From Octopus vulgaris (taxonomy: Eukaryota), in NCBI GenBank assembly GCA_951406725.2, contig OX597817.1, positions 64,666,001 to 64,730,000 of the forward strand: DNA of 64,000 nt, given 5' to 3'. A program made the translations under genes and the position numbers. Below are positions 12,451 to 24,340 of this stretch, piece by piece (position 1 is the stretch's first letter; every line of letters begins with the position of its first letter). The notes beneath the pieces are model-generated. The model had not been told where the DNA came from and searched no databases. It saw nothing but the letters and a program-made list of their open reading frames with translations.

Positions 12451-12479
12451 AAATTTTGTCTCTGTCTAGTTTTTTAGTG

Positions 12480-14560
12480 CTAGTAAACATATGTACACCA
12501 GACTAAAAACGAGACAGTGGTTAGAGCTTCCCTCTTACAACGCTGATACCAACATTTGGGATACTTCACTGATCTAGAGAGAAAATCTGTTCCAAAGACA
12601 TTAAAACCTAGAAGATCCTGATACCAACTGCAAAACCTCTACAGAAATACTGACATTAGTAGAGTCTATATAAGAAGAAAACAAGGGAGAAAGTCTGAAT
12701 GTCATATCATGTCACTCAGGTAGCATCTGCTAAATAATAGCAGTGCAAATAAATACATGAACTAATTGCTCAGAAGTGAAGTGAATAACATCCCATGGAT
12801 TGGTAGTGAACGCCTCACAGAACACTCACTTTTTGGTAATTTCCATTGTGAATTCAGAAGTACAAGATTAGAATAGTTCAACAAAGACCTGGAAGAGAAA
12901 CACTCTGCTCACCTGCCAAAAAAGTTATACAAGGGTTATGTTTCTCATAAACAAGAAGACTGTGATAATGTTTCAAATGTTGGCACAAGGCCAGCAATTT
13001 TAAGGAAAGGATAAGTCAATTACACCAACTCAAGTCCTTAACTGGTATTTATTTTATTGACCCCAAAAGGATGAAAGGCAACATTGACCTCGACTGAATT
13101 TGAACTCAGAGCACAAAGATAGACAAAATGCCACTAAGAATTTTGCCTAGCATGCTAATGAACCTGCCAGCTCATTCTCTTGGAGGATGATGATAACACT
13201 GGATTCAAACTTTGACAGATGGCCAGAAATTTGTGGGGAGAGTTAAGTGAATTACAGTGACCTCAGCACTCACCTCGTACTTATTTTATTGGCCCCCAAA
13301 AGGATGAAAGGTAATGTCGCTCTCAGTGAAATTTGAATTCAGAACGTAAAGACAAACAAAATGTATTTAATCATTTTGCCCAGTGTGCTAATAATTCTGC
13401 CAGCTCACTGCCAGATGATGATAATATTAACATGAAGTGTAGCCTCTCTTGAATTTGTAACTATTACATCATGCCACATCTTGAAGGTTATGCTTTTGGA
13501 ATCAAAGAGTGGGAGATATCTATGAAATACCTAACAAACAAAAGAGACAGTGAAATATATAAACTCCCTGCCACCAACACACAATTATAAATGTTGGTTA
13601 TACCATTCTTCTGTGGAAAACATTACATATATGATCAGCAGCTGTCCCAAAATGTCATCAAGGCACTACCTCCCATTGCAACATTCATCATCATCATCAT
13701 CACCGTTTAATGTCCACTTTCCATGCTAGCATGGGTTGGACGATTTGACCGAGGTCTGGCAAACCAGATGGCTGCAACAGACTCTAATCTGATCTGGCAG
13801 AGTTTCTACAGCTGGATGCCCTTCCTAACGCCAACCACTCCGAGAGTGTAGTGGGTGCTTTTACATGCCACCGGCACAAGGGCCAGTCAGGCAGTATTGG
13901 CAATGGCCACACTCAAATGGTGCTTTTTATGTGCCACCTGCACAGGAGCCAGTCCAGCGGCACTGGTAACAACCTCGCTCAAATGTTTTTTCACGTGCCA
14001 CCAGCACAAGTGTCAGTAAGGCGGTTGCTAAAACAATATACAATACCAGTTACTGAAATGAGCTCTGAGATAAATATAAACACTTTTGTTGTTGAATACA
14101 TACATATCGATACTAAGAATATTAGTGGAACATTCCCACAAAACTTCTAAAGCCAAAAATAACATGCCTGATATAGTTATGTGAGACAAAATGAAAAGTC
14201 AGGCATAGTCATAGGGATTAGGTGTCCTACAGATATGAATATCTCCTCAAAATTCATTGAGAAGGAAAATATTTTAAGGGTAACTGCTCTGAAATCTTTA
14301 TACTAATCATTATTAGTACTAATTTGTACCACATTAATTTATACCAATGGTTATTGGTGCAAATGATTATGTTAGGAAATGTCTAAGTGACAATCTGGGA
14401 AAACTAGTATTTTTAGAGACTGGCAAATACAATCTATGAGTGGAAGAGTAAAAATATGAAAGACATTTTGAAAATTCAGCATGTAATATGAATCATTGTT
14501 GTTACCTAAATTACAGCAGCAGAGCTTTGTTTCTTTAGTAGAAACTAGATCTTTCTTTGT
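12480..14560 (+). mobile_element. Decayed R4/Dong-like non-LTR element (zinc knuckle + REL), interrupted by SINEs
   Basis: Remnants EGYAFGIKEWEISMKYL, ENITYMISSCPKMSSRHYLPL, AVAKTIYN, NMPDIVM*D, CPTDMNISSKFIEKENI. SINE insertions at ~12960-13420 and 13685-14020. Confidence 0.65.
13685..14020 (-). mobile_element. SINE/LINE-tail family ending in GACGTTAAA(TGA)n (other copies ~5370-5842 +, 7812-8330 -, 15615-15960 +, 50205-50367 -, 54005-54410 +)
   Basis: Shared GCTGGATGCCCTTCCTAACGCCAACCACTC and CCATGCTAGCATGG motifs and an (ATG)n tail. Confidence 0.8.
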
Positions 14561-14690
14561 AGGAATAAATATAATAATTAAAAAAAGACTATATATATAG
14601 TGGGAGAGTTCACGAAAAAACAAAAGACGAGGACAGGTGGTGTACAAAACAAACAGATGTATTAGTATAATGCTCAGGAATTGAAAAAGT

Positions 14691-14726
<36 letters not shown>

Positions 14727-14749
14727 ATATCATCATCATCATAAAGAGA

Positions 14750-14802
<53 letters not shown>

Positions 14803-16046
14803 AGGCACAGGCAAGGCTGTGTGTTAAGAAGCTTGAGCAAGAGTCATTCACTGTAGCATCGGGCCAAGCAAAGCCTTGTGAGTCAATTTGGTAGATGGAA
14901 ACTGAAAGAAGCCTGTCATGTATATGTGTGTGTGGGTGTATTTGTGTATGTGTGTCTTTATGTTTGTGTTTGTCCTCCCAACATCACTTGATGTTGGTGT
15001 TTACATCCCTGTGACTTAGCTGTTCAGCAAAAGAGACTGATAGAATAATTACTAGACTTACAAAGAATAAGTCCTGGAGTCGATTTTTTCAACTAAAACC
15101 CTTTAAGGTTGTGCTCCAGCATGGCCACAGTCACATGACTGAAACAGATAAAAGAATATATATATAAATAGGGCAGAAAATTGGCAGAACAGAACACTGA
15201 GCAAGATGCCTTGCAGCATTTGATCCAGATCTTTATATTCTGAGTTCAAATTCTATCAGTGTCAAGAAATTAAAGCACCAATTTTGCTTCAGCTATCATG
15301 TCTTGAATGTTCCACTAAGTCAAGGGTAGGTGCATCTGAGTTGGCTACATTAGCACCTAAAACTATTTACAAAAAGTCTGGTGCATGCCAATACCATATC
15401 GCAATCACTAACAAGATATATATATAAACAAACTAACGAGAATAATTCCTTCAAAGGAGTGTGTGAAACATCCAATTCACTGGTACGTCAGTTGTATACC
15501 ATATAAATATGGGTATAATTCAAATTACAAAGATAAAATTAAATAGAGAGATACAATTCACAATACAATAATTTATTTATATTATAATATTTGAATACCA
15601 TAATATGTTATATTTTGTTGCCAGGACTGCTTGACTGGTCCCCGTGCCAGGAGCATGTAAAAAGCACCATCTGAAGATGGCCAATGCTAGTACCCCCTGA
15701 CTGGCTCCAGTGCTGGTGGCATGTAAAAAGCACTATCCAAACGTAATCAATGCCAGGCCTGCCTGACTGGCTCCTGTGCTAAGGGCATGTAAAAAGCACT
15801 CACTACACTCTTGGAGTGGTTGGCATTAGGAAGGGCATCTAGCTGTAGAAACATTGCCAGATCAGATTGGAGACTGGTGCAGCTGCTGGCTCTCCAGACC
15901 TCAATGAAACTGTCCAACCCATACCAGCATGGAAAATAGACGTTAAGCGATGATGATAATGATTATATTCATTATAATTTAATATAAATATTTTAATATA
16001 AATAAATCATTGGATTGTCAATTGTATCTCTCTATTTAATTTTATC

Positions 16047-16084
<38 letters not shown>

Positions 16085-16357
16085 AATTGAGATAGGGGTT
16101 GTAAATGCAACCCTCCATGGGATAATATATATCCAATATACTGCTAGTGAAGTACCCAACAAAGTTAATACATAAATGTTAAGGATTGCGAGGCAATCAA
16201 TTCATTTACTGTATTATATGGGCAAAGGTAAAATGATTTACCACAAATTACTAATACAAGATAAGAAAATGGAGAAATACATCTAAGTCAAATATGTGAT
16301 TGAGTATTATCTGGTAATTGATATTTGAATTAGATGTATTTCTCCATTTTCTTATCT

Positions 16358-16402
<45 letters not shown>

Positions 16403-16407
<5 letters not shown>

Positions 16408-16672
16408 TGTGATCACCATGACAGACCAGGCTATCAGATGTTGCTACACATCGCTGGTCACAATGCGCTGTGCATTGTTTTATGACACTACCCTGTTAGC
16501 TAAGCAAGCAGGCCAACAGAAGAAAGAGTACAGCAGGGATCGCCACCACCCCCTGCCGGAACCTCAAGGAGCTTTAGGTGTTTTCACTCAGTAAACACTC
16601 ACAACGCCCGATCTGGGAATCGAAACCGTGATCCTACAACCTTGAGTCCACTGCCCTTACCACTGAGCCTCC
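16403..16672 (-). mobile_element. tRNA-derived SINE (related copy ~9985-10268)
   Basis: Minus-strand head GGCTCAGTGGTAAGGGCAGTGGACTC...GGTTTCGATTCCC (A/B boxes). Body CAGATGTT.CTACACATCGCTGGTCACAATG is shared between copies. Confidence 0.7.
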
Positions 16673-19600
16673 ACATCCATATATATATATATATATATTA
16701 GTCCAACAAAGTCTAGCAAGCCAAAACTTCAAAGTCACTGTTATTACTCTTCTTATAAAAGTATAATAAATATGTACAATACAAGAGTACTGAATAATTC
16801 TACAGTCTAATGTTAAATTGTTTTTATTATAACTCAACATGAAAAAAAAACATTAACATATATAAATACACACCCACACACATATCTAGATATATCATCA
16901 TTTTAATGTCCACTTTTCCATGCTTGCATGGGCTGGGTGGAGTTTATTGAAGTAGATTCTTTACAGTTGGATGACATTCCTGCTGCCAACCCTTACCTGC
17001 TTCCAAGCAAGGAGCAAAGTAATATTTCCCCATGGCCAGATATATTTTTTGTAGAATACTGGAAATGAATAACATTTATTTACAGGTCCTGTGCATGTCA
17101 ACCTTCTCCAGCACTCTCTATGCAACCTGGGAGGGCCCATATCCTCCCCTGCTATTGTTTGGTAGATTACTAGAACTTTGGCTACCTGACTAGACTTGGA
17201 ATCAATACTGAAATGGTTTCTCATTGCCATCTCCAGCAAGTGGAGTTTGAACTCAAAATGTTGAGAAGCAGAAGATATATCGTAAAGCATCACTGCCAAT
17301 GTGCCAACTATTCTTCCAGTCCTCCAGCTGCAGAGCAACATGAAATGAAGTGTTTTGCTCAAGAACACACTGTACTACCCAGTCTGGGAATCGAACTCAT
17401 GATCTAGTAATCATGAGTGAAACCCCTTAACCAGTTGTCCATGGGGCGAAGCCCTTTATGGATGCGAAACTATTGGTCGCTCTTTGACCAGACATATACA
17501 TAACTGCATATATATATGATTGTATGTATATTAATGTATGTAGATATCAAAATGATAATACACAGAAGCAAATTTTAATAAAAGGTTCTTAAAAAACGAC
17601 TTAATAAGACAGAGAAGACACACACACACATACTGGTTAAATGCAATGTATTTGGTCTTGCTTCCCTTTCTTTTTTGTCTCTTTTAATTCAGAAAATGCA
17701 TGTGTATACTAGAAGGTTGTTCAACATGTACCCTGCAACTTTATATAGAGTTGAAAGAATGAAAAAACATTGGAAATATACTATTTAAAAATTGTTCCAT
17801 TACCTTCTTTTTGCAATTATCTAATTTTATTTTTGCCTTAGACTTTTTTGAAAATTTCATTACCAACGATCATACACAGAAAGGACACTCCTTATATATG
17901 TATGTGTGCGTGTGTGAACATGCAAATATACATACATACAGATATATGTGTGTGTATACACACACACACACATTATTTTTAATTGGCAGAAGTTATATAG
18001 TGACTCAATGGCCGAAAGTTTTGTGTATAACACTTAACAGACTATTTGTATCCCCAAAACTATGTGTGTGTGTACCAACATAGAAAACGGACGTTAAATG
18101 ATGATGATGATGATGATGATACACACACACACACACACACGTGCATATTCATATATGTACCGCGCGCACGCACACACACATTTTAACATACCTTTCCTAT
18201 AACTTCCTGGTTTAACCAATTTCTTAAAGCAGTACACTAACTTCGGAATACTGGATTTCAGGGGTAAGTTCTAAGAGAGCCAAGCAAGTGAAACGTTTGG
18301 CGATTCCTGTCCATGGACCAAACCACAAAAATCCTCGTTTTTCTTCTCCTAGCTTCTAAAATAGCCCATTCTTCAAAGCCATTTAAAGAAATTCTTCTTT
18401 CGTTGATTTTCTTTTCTTGATTTCTCAGTGCATAAATTTATAGGAAAGTAGGGAAATGAGATTGTGTAATGTGTATGCTTTTCTCAAGGGCATTAGCCAC
18501 GCAAATGCGGTGAAACGAAACTGGGTCGCATCATCGGCGTTTAGTAATAATGATTTCTTTTATAGGCACAATACCCATTTTATAGAGCAGTGGGGAGGTG
18601 CAAAGTCAAGAGAATCAATTGTAAAGCATTAGTGGGATTTATTTTATCGACCCTGGGTAAGTGAAGGATAAAAACCCGTACGAGACTAAAGAGAAACAAA
18701 TAATTTTCTCCTGAAGGCAGAAGGTTTAACATTCTGAGTAAGAAAATAGCAAAATCGATTGAGACGAACAAGGTACTTATTTTGTCGACCCTGGCAAGAT
18801 TCGAACTATGACCGAGGAGAACTACAAAACATTGTAATGCGCGATAAAAAAAAAATTAATTAAATATAATTACTTTTAAAAATTTATTTTCAATACCCAC
18901 CCTCACAAAGAAAATATCGAACTAACTAGAAAGATTTAATAGATATATTGCTAAAGATGGTTCATTTATTATCGATCTTTAAACAGAACTACGAGTCATG
19001 GAAAAGCTGCCGTCACATTACGAGAGATTTGTGTGTGTATTAATAATGGTTTCTTTACACTAAATACAGAGGTCCCATGTTTATAGAAAGTGCTTAATAA
19101 GAAATTATGGCATTCATAGCTTTCCATTGGGTATTAACAGTGTAACCGAGGTGAAAGGAAATCTCCTTGGAATCGAAACCTTATCGTGAACTCAGTTACC
19201 CGGGAGGGGGGGGGTTAATTTTCTCTGTCTAGCACCCGCCACTCTGTCTCTGTGTATGTATTAAAGGTTTCTCATATAATCCAAGGTTTCAGAATTACAA
19301 GGAAGAGGGAATTAAGATAGTGCAATGTTGATGTCTTTCCCAATATAAATAGTATAAATGAAGTGGAATGATAACAACCGGTAATCGAAACCGCGCCAGA
19401 AGCTTACCTCTATTTTATAAAAATAACATGGAAATGGCTGAGACAGTTAAACGAGAGATTGGATTGTTTCCTGTATCTAGCTGGACACCTCGGTGTTCTG
19501 AGTTCGATTCTCGCTGGGATCAAACTTGCTGTTTATCTCTCTGGAACCGATTAATTATTAAATACCAGTAATATAATAATGAACCAAGTCAATTGATTTT

Positions 19601-19794
19601 GTCCTCTTAAAATGATTGGCTTTGTGTTTAGCCTGAAGAAATACGCGATAATAATAATAATGATAATAATATAATGGTAAGCGGAATTTTTACTCATCCC
19701 AGCAAGTACTACGTGGTAATATATTAAGCCGGGGCCCGTCAGAAGAAACAAGACGGAATCCCCCTACCATCATCAAAACATGGCTCCAGCAGGC

Positions 19795-19808
19795 GTTTCC
19801 TTAACAAC
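19795..19808. promoter_or_regulatory. X-box GTTTCCTTAACAAC
   Basis: Exact match to the RTHNYY-WT-RRNRAC X-box consensus, within the CpG-rich zone. Confidence 0.5.
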
Positions 19809-20015
19809 GTCAGTACACAAACCTACCAGAGCTTCTTCGCTACTGGAAAGTCGTTGATAAATTACAAGCCATTTCGTTATTAGTTTGTGGTGAAATCTAG
19901 ACCCAAATTGAATTTAACGACAAAATTTATATACTCATAAGAAACAAAACGAAACAGAACAAAAGCACTAGTAAAAATCTGTATTCTGTAACAGTTTAAT
20001 AAAGTTAATTTGATG

Positions 20016-20373
20016 GTCGCTAACCGAACATGCCTCAGTTGTCAAGACGCTATTTAGTTTAATGGCGACGGCGCCATCTTTTTAGTATTAATTCAGTGGA
20101 TCTTTATTTTCTCTTTCCCTCTTTAGTTATAAAACCTATGCTTTGTCTTTTAAGTGATTACGATATTTTGTTTTGTAAATGGCTTAGGCAATTATATTTG
20201 TCGGTAACTTCGAAAGAGAGCTTTTCTTTCTCCTTTTCTCAGTAAAGCGTATGCTAAATAATAACAGCAAACCCGGTTATGTAAATAACGAGACCGGATC
20301 GGAAATGACGTTGCTAACGCATGCCTCAGTTGTCAAGACGCTATTCTCATTCTAATATAGGCACCGCCATCTT
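20016..20373. repeat. Duplicated promoter module: 26-bp identical core (20029-20054, 20320-20345), each followed by YY1 motif CGCCATCTT
   Basis: CATGCCTCAGTTGTCAAGACGCTATT occurs twice, 291 bp apart. Each copy is preceded by GT(C/T)GCTAAC and followed 17-19 nt later by CGCCATCTT. Confidence 0.85.
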
Positions 20374-20633
20374 AGCATCACCTTGTAAGCAAATGTGTCG
20401 TTAGGTTTCTAAACGACATCCGATGTAGATATAGTTCCAATATTTTTCATTTATTTTCTCGAAAGAAATACCTAAACTACTGCAGCACAGAATTATTATT
20501 CGATCGGTATATCATAATATTTTCAATATACTTACAGTAATCGTTGTATGAAAGGGAGCATTAAACCACCGTCTGTCCACAGAAAGCAAGAAGTAGTACC
20601 AGTGCTAGGATACATTGTATAGTGAGAGAGTGT

Positions 20634-20654
20634 GGCAACTGTTGCCCTAGGAAT
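20634..20654. promoter_or_regulatory. X-box (RFX site) GTTGCCCTAGGAAT overlapping the palindrome GGCAAC-T-GTTGCC
   Basis: Near-consensus GTNRCC-N2-RGYAAC at 20641-20654 plus an adjacent GGCAAC half-site. Confidence 0.6.
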
Positions 20655-20714
20655 AAACGCCATAGCCACGGTATCTACTGACGACTGCAGCCCGCCAACA
20701 ACACACACCAAAAG
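20655..20714 (+). other. Candidate non-coding first exon of the RFX gene (start approximate)
   Basis: AAG|GTGATT donor at 20714/20715, just downstream of an X-box in the CpG-rich zone. It would imply a ~28-31 kb first intron. Confidence 0.4.
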
Positions 20715-23700
20715 GTGATTTTCCTTTTCCCATTTATGTTTCTAACACTGTATACACACCGCTGACCTCATAGTAACACAATAGCAACATAGTTAGATTA
20801 CCGAATGGGTCACGATTTTTATTACCGATCATGTTTTTAGACGTTCCATCTTGTATGTCGAAAACAATCGTTTTGTTTCGTAAAATGGCGATTTATACAA
20901 AGTTACATACATACACACACAATTGTTGTTTGACACCGTACGAACTGTCCAGATTTTTCTTGTCGTTGCCAGTGCTGACAACGGACTTTCTCGTGCGACG
21001 AATTACGATTGGTAGTCGTCACACAAGCCAATGTTCTTTACAGACCTATGCTGTTTGTTATATTTCTTATTGGACATGAAGAAATGGGTCAGTTTCTCTC
21101 TCACTCTCTCTTTCTTTCTCTCTCGTCTCTCTGTTTCTATCTAGCGTGTGTTAGTTGCTGCTGCCATGTGCCATAGTAACCAATATGTTTGCGGCCGATT
21201 CTTACCACAACAGTCCACTCTTCTTAGACCTGTCCAAAGCAACAAACACTATAATGCAACACTACACATCTGGCTCTGCATCTAATCAGTCACCCTTAAC
21301 AGCTCCAATGACTGCTTGGGGAGTGCATGAATGTCACGGATTCTCATTTCCATTCTTTCTGCAATTCTAAAATTTCACACCAAATGTTTTAAAAAATCAC
21401 GCATGCACATATCATATATACTCTTGTTTCTCTTTGACTATTTTCATTATTGAACACATAATAGAGACACGTGCGCGCACACATTACCCCATCTTACACA
21501 TACACACAGGTGTCCTTTTATTTATTTTTGCAGTGATACACTCACTTGTCCTCTTCTCCCATCTGTGATGTGATTTCTTCTTTTTGACAAAGATATCTCG
21601 TTTGTTTATAATGTAATTGATTTTCGAAGAGCATAAGGATTTCGTATGATTGACTAATCAGAGATCTTTACAAAGAATTATTGAAGATCCTTGTTGGTGT
21701 TGTGCTGTGGAAGAGAGGGAACATGTTTAGATGGTGTTCGTAGTAGTTTGGTAGCCACGATTCCTTCTCTTTTTCTAACTGGCCCAAGCCTCTATATACA
21801 TACATGCATATATACGTACGTATGTGTGTGAATGTATGTGTATATATATATATAAACTAATATATCTGTGTTGTTTACATACCCGTCTTCGTCTTTTGTT
21901 TTTTGTAAATTCTCGCTATATATATATATATATATATATAGATACATACATGTGTGTGTGTGTGTGACCAGCATCTGGTGTGATTATCAGCAACAATTGT
22001 TGAAAGTGCACGCCCGCACTGTTGTTGCTTACACATGTACTTGCACATAGAAGATCATACACACACCTTAAGAGGATGCGAAGTCCCTTTCTAATCTCAT
22101 CGGCAACTGATGGCGACCGACAACTATTCCACTCACGGAGAGCCAGTCACACACATACGCATATATAGATATTAGTCTCTCTCTTATCTTTATATATATA
22201 TGTGTGTGTGTGAGTGTGTTACGAATTACAATCACGACAACTACTATAAACTAAGCTTTTAACTGTTAGTATTACTACTAGTAATATCGTTGCTACAACT
22301 GCTGTCAAGCCAACAAGGGAGCCTGTATGCAGTCGCCGGACCTGCTACAAACAGCAGCTAAATTCCCCTCCAACCCCTCTCTACAGTCTTTCAAGGAAAA
22401 GAAGGATACATTGGATAGTGTAATCTAGATATACTAGCTCTGAAAAATTACGGAATTGGCACGACTGGAACGCGTTGATTATAGGCCTCCTGCGCAATCT
22501 AGCAGACCTCGGGCTACACAATAATAACTACTACCTACTACGATTGCTACAACTACAACCGCTACTGTTACTATTACTGCCAGTATGCTAGTGTTTACTT
22601 ATTGATATAAGCAGTGTTTTTGATAATATTGTATTCGTTCGTTCCTTTTAATATTCCAGTTCTGACCTCTTTATTCTTTTTCCCTTTGCTAACCTAATCG
22701 ACATTTTGATTGTCGGTTAATGACTGGCCAAAGGGATTTGGTGTTTGCCTAAAAGACAAGGTGCTAGAGAGGGGGCTAAAGAGACAGGCAGACAGCTGCT
22801 GAGAGAGTGGGAGATAGTTGATAATACCATTTGTTCGAGCTAGTTAAGGTCCTTTTCAGACAGGTTCGAACTTGTTCGTTCTTGCGTGTATGCTTTACAT
22901 ACATACATATATATACATTCTTAAAAAATGGTGCCAGACAAACACATGTATACTACCATAAGGCTTTTATTTTTATGTGAAAAATGGTGCATATATATAT
23001 ATACACACATTATTCCAAACTTAATTTTTTGCTAATATGCTTTTTTTCTTTCTAATTTTTTCAAAGTATATATATATTCCGCTCCTTGCTATTGTGAATG
23101 GGTCTTGTCATGCTATCAAAGTCCATATGTTATAGTGCCCAGGTGTTCTCTTTTTCTTTCCGCTTTGCTTTGGTCAACAATGACCCTAATTACCTAACTT
23201 TCTGTTGCAGTCATCAACTGTTATTATTTAACTAAATTTTACACATACACTTGCGAGATAAATAAACTTCGTTAAATCTCATCAGACAAAGGTCTGCAAT
23301 CCTGTACAAGTTTGGGCAGATGCAGGTTTCGAGTCGTTATTAAACCCGCCAGAAATCCCCCCTCTCGGACTAGCCAGATTAGTTAGTGATCTGGCGGAAA
23401 GCACAGCAAATATTTATTTCTTTATTGCTCACAGGGGACTAAACATAGAGGAGACAAGCAAGGACAGACAAAGCGATTAAGTCGATTACATCGACCTCAG
23501 TGCGTAACTGGTACTTGTTTTATCGACCCCGAAAGGATGATAGGTAAAGCACAACAAATATTCCGATCTTAGTTTAGCTATAGCTTAATTCTCATGTATG
23601 GAGACACTGCGTGTGTATGTGCACGTGCGTGCTTAATTGATATCCTCGTGTTTGGTTTCTACATGCAAGGCACACAAAAAAAATGTTGAAAAGGACTTCT

Positions 23701-24325
23701 CTGCGCGCGTGCACACATTGTTTTTGTATTATATAAATTATAGTACTTCTTTTCTCTCTCTTTTTGTGACCTGTGCAATATGTTTGTGCTTACGTTGTTG
23801 ATTAGTTGTAGATAAGCTCTGACTGAGCAGATCTTTGATCAACGGCTTTCCACTCAATTATCATGCTTAATTTCATACACGGTCGCGGTACATTATCTTA
23901 CATATTCTTTCCTGTTAAGGATGATTGGATGTGATTTAAGAGTGATTTGGCTACTATATATATTTAAAAAGCCGATCGACAGCATAGAAGCTCCCTCGTT
24001 GGCTCGCATGTATGTGCTTATTGTTGCAGTTGGTGGTTGTAAACCATGTGTAAAACCGTCCTTGGCAGTAATCCGTGCTGTCCTGTCTCTAGTTAACTGC
24101 TCTTGTCAACCACTTTCTCTTTCCTGTGTCGGGTGCGCGTGCCTAACTTAGTCATTGTTTTATTGTCCGCTCTAAGCTGTATTTGCACGCTACGCCAGCA
24201 CCACTGCCTCAAAATCCCTACTGACTTCTCCCTATCTCTCTATTTCACTTCACAATAAGCCGGTGTCTCCCATCCCTTCCTTGTGGCTGAAGAACCAAAT
24301 CTTTCATTGTTGGTGGCGTCCAGCT

Positions 24326-24340
24326 GTTTCTTATAGCAAC
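24326..24340. promoter_or_regulatory. X-box GTTTCT-TAT-AGCAAC
   Basis: 15-bp X-box with a perfect AGCAAC half-site in a CpG-rich intronic or alternative-promoter segment. Confidence 0.5.

Noticed and set aside
15433-15495. Hammerhead-like CTAACGA...GAAAC...GTC
   Set aside because: G5 is mutated, stem II is poor, and no convincing stem I or III can be built.
16600-16672. tRNA-like A/B boxes (also ~19490-19520, 50380-50440)
   Set aside because: These are tRNA-derived SINE heads; no full cloverleaf or acceptor stem.
18192-18430. Minus-strand segment as a coding exon
   Set aside because: The frames I checked hit stops before the donor; at most a non-coding exon.
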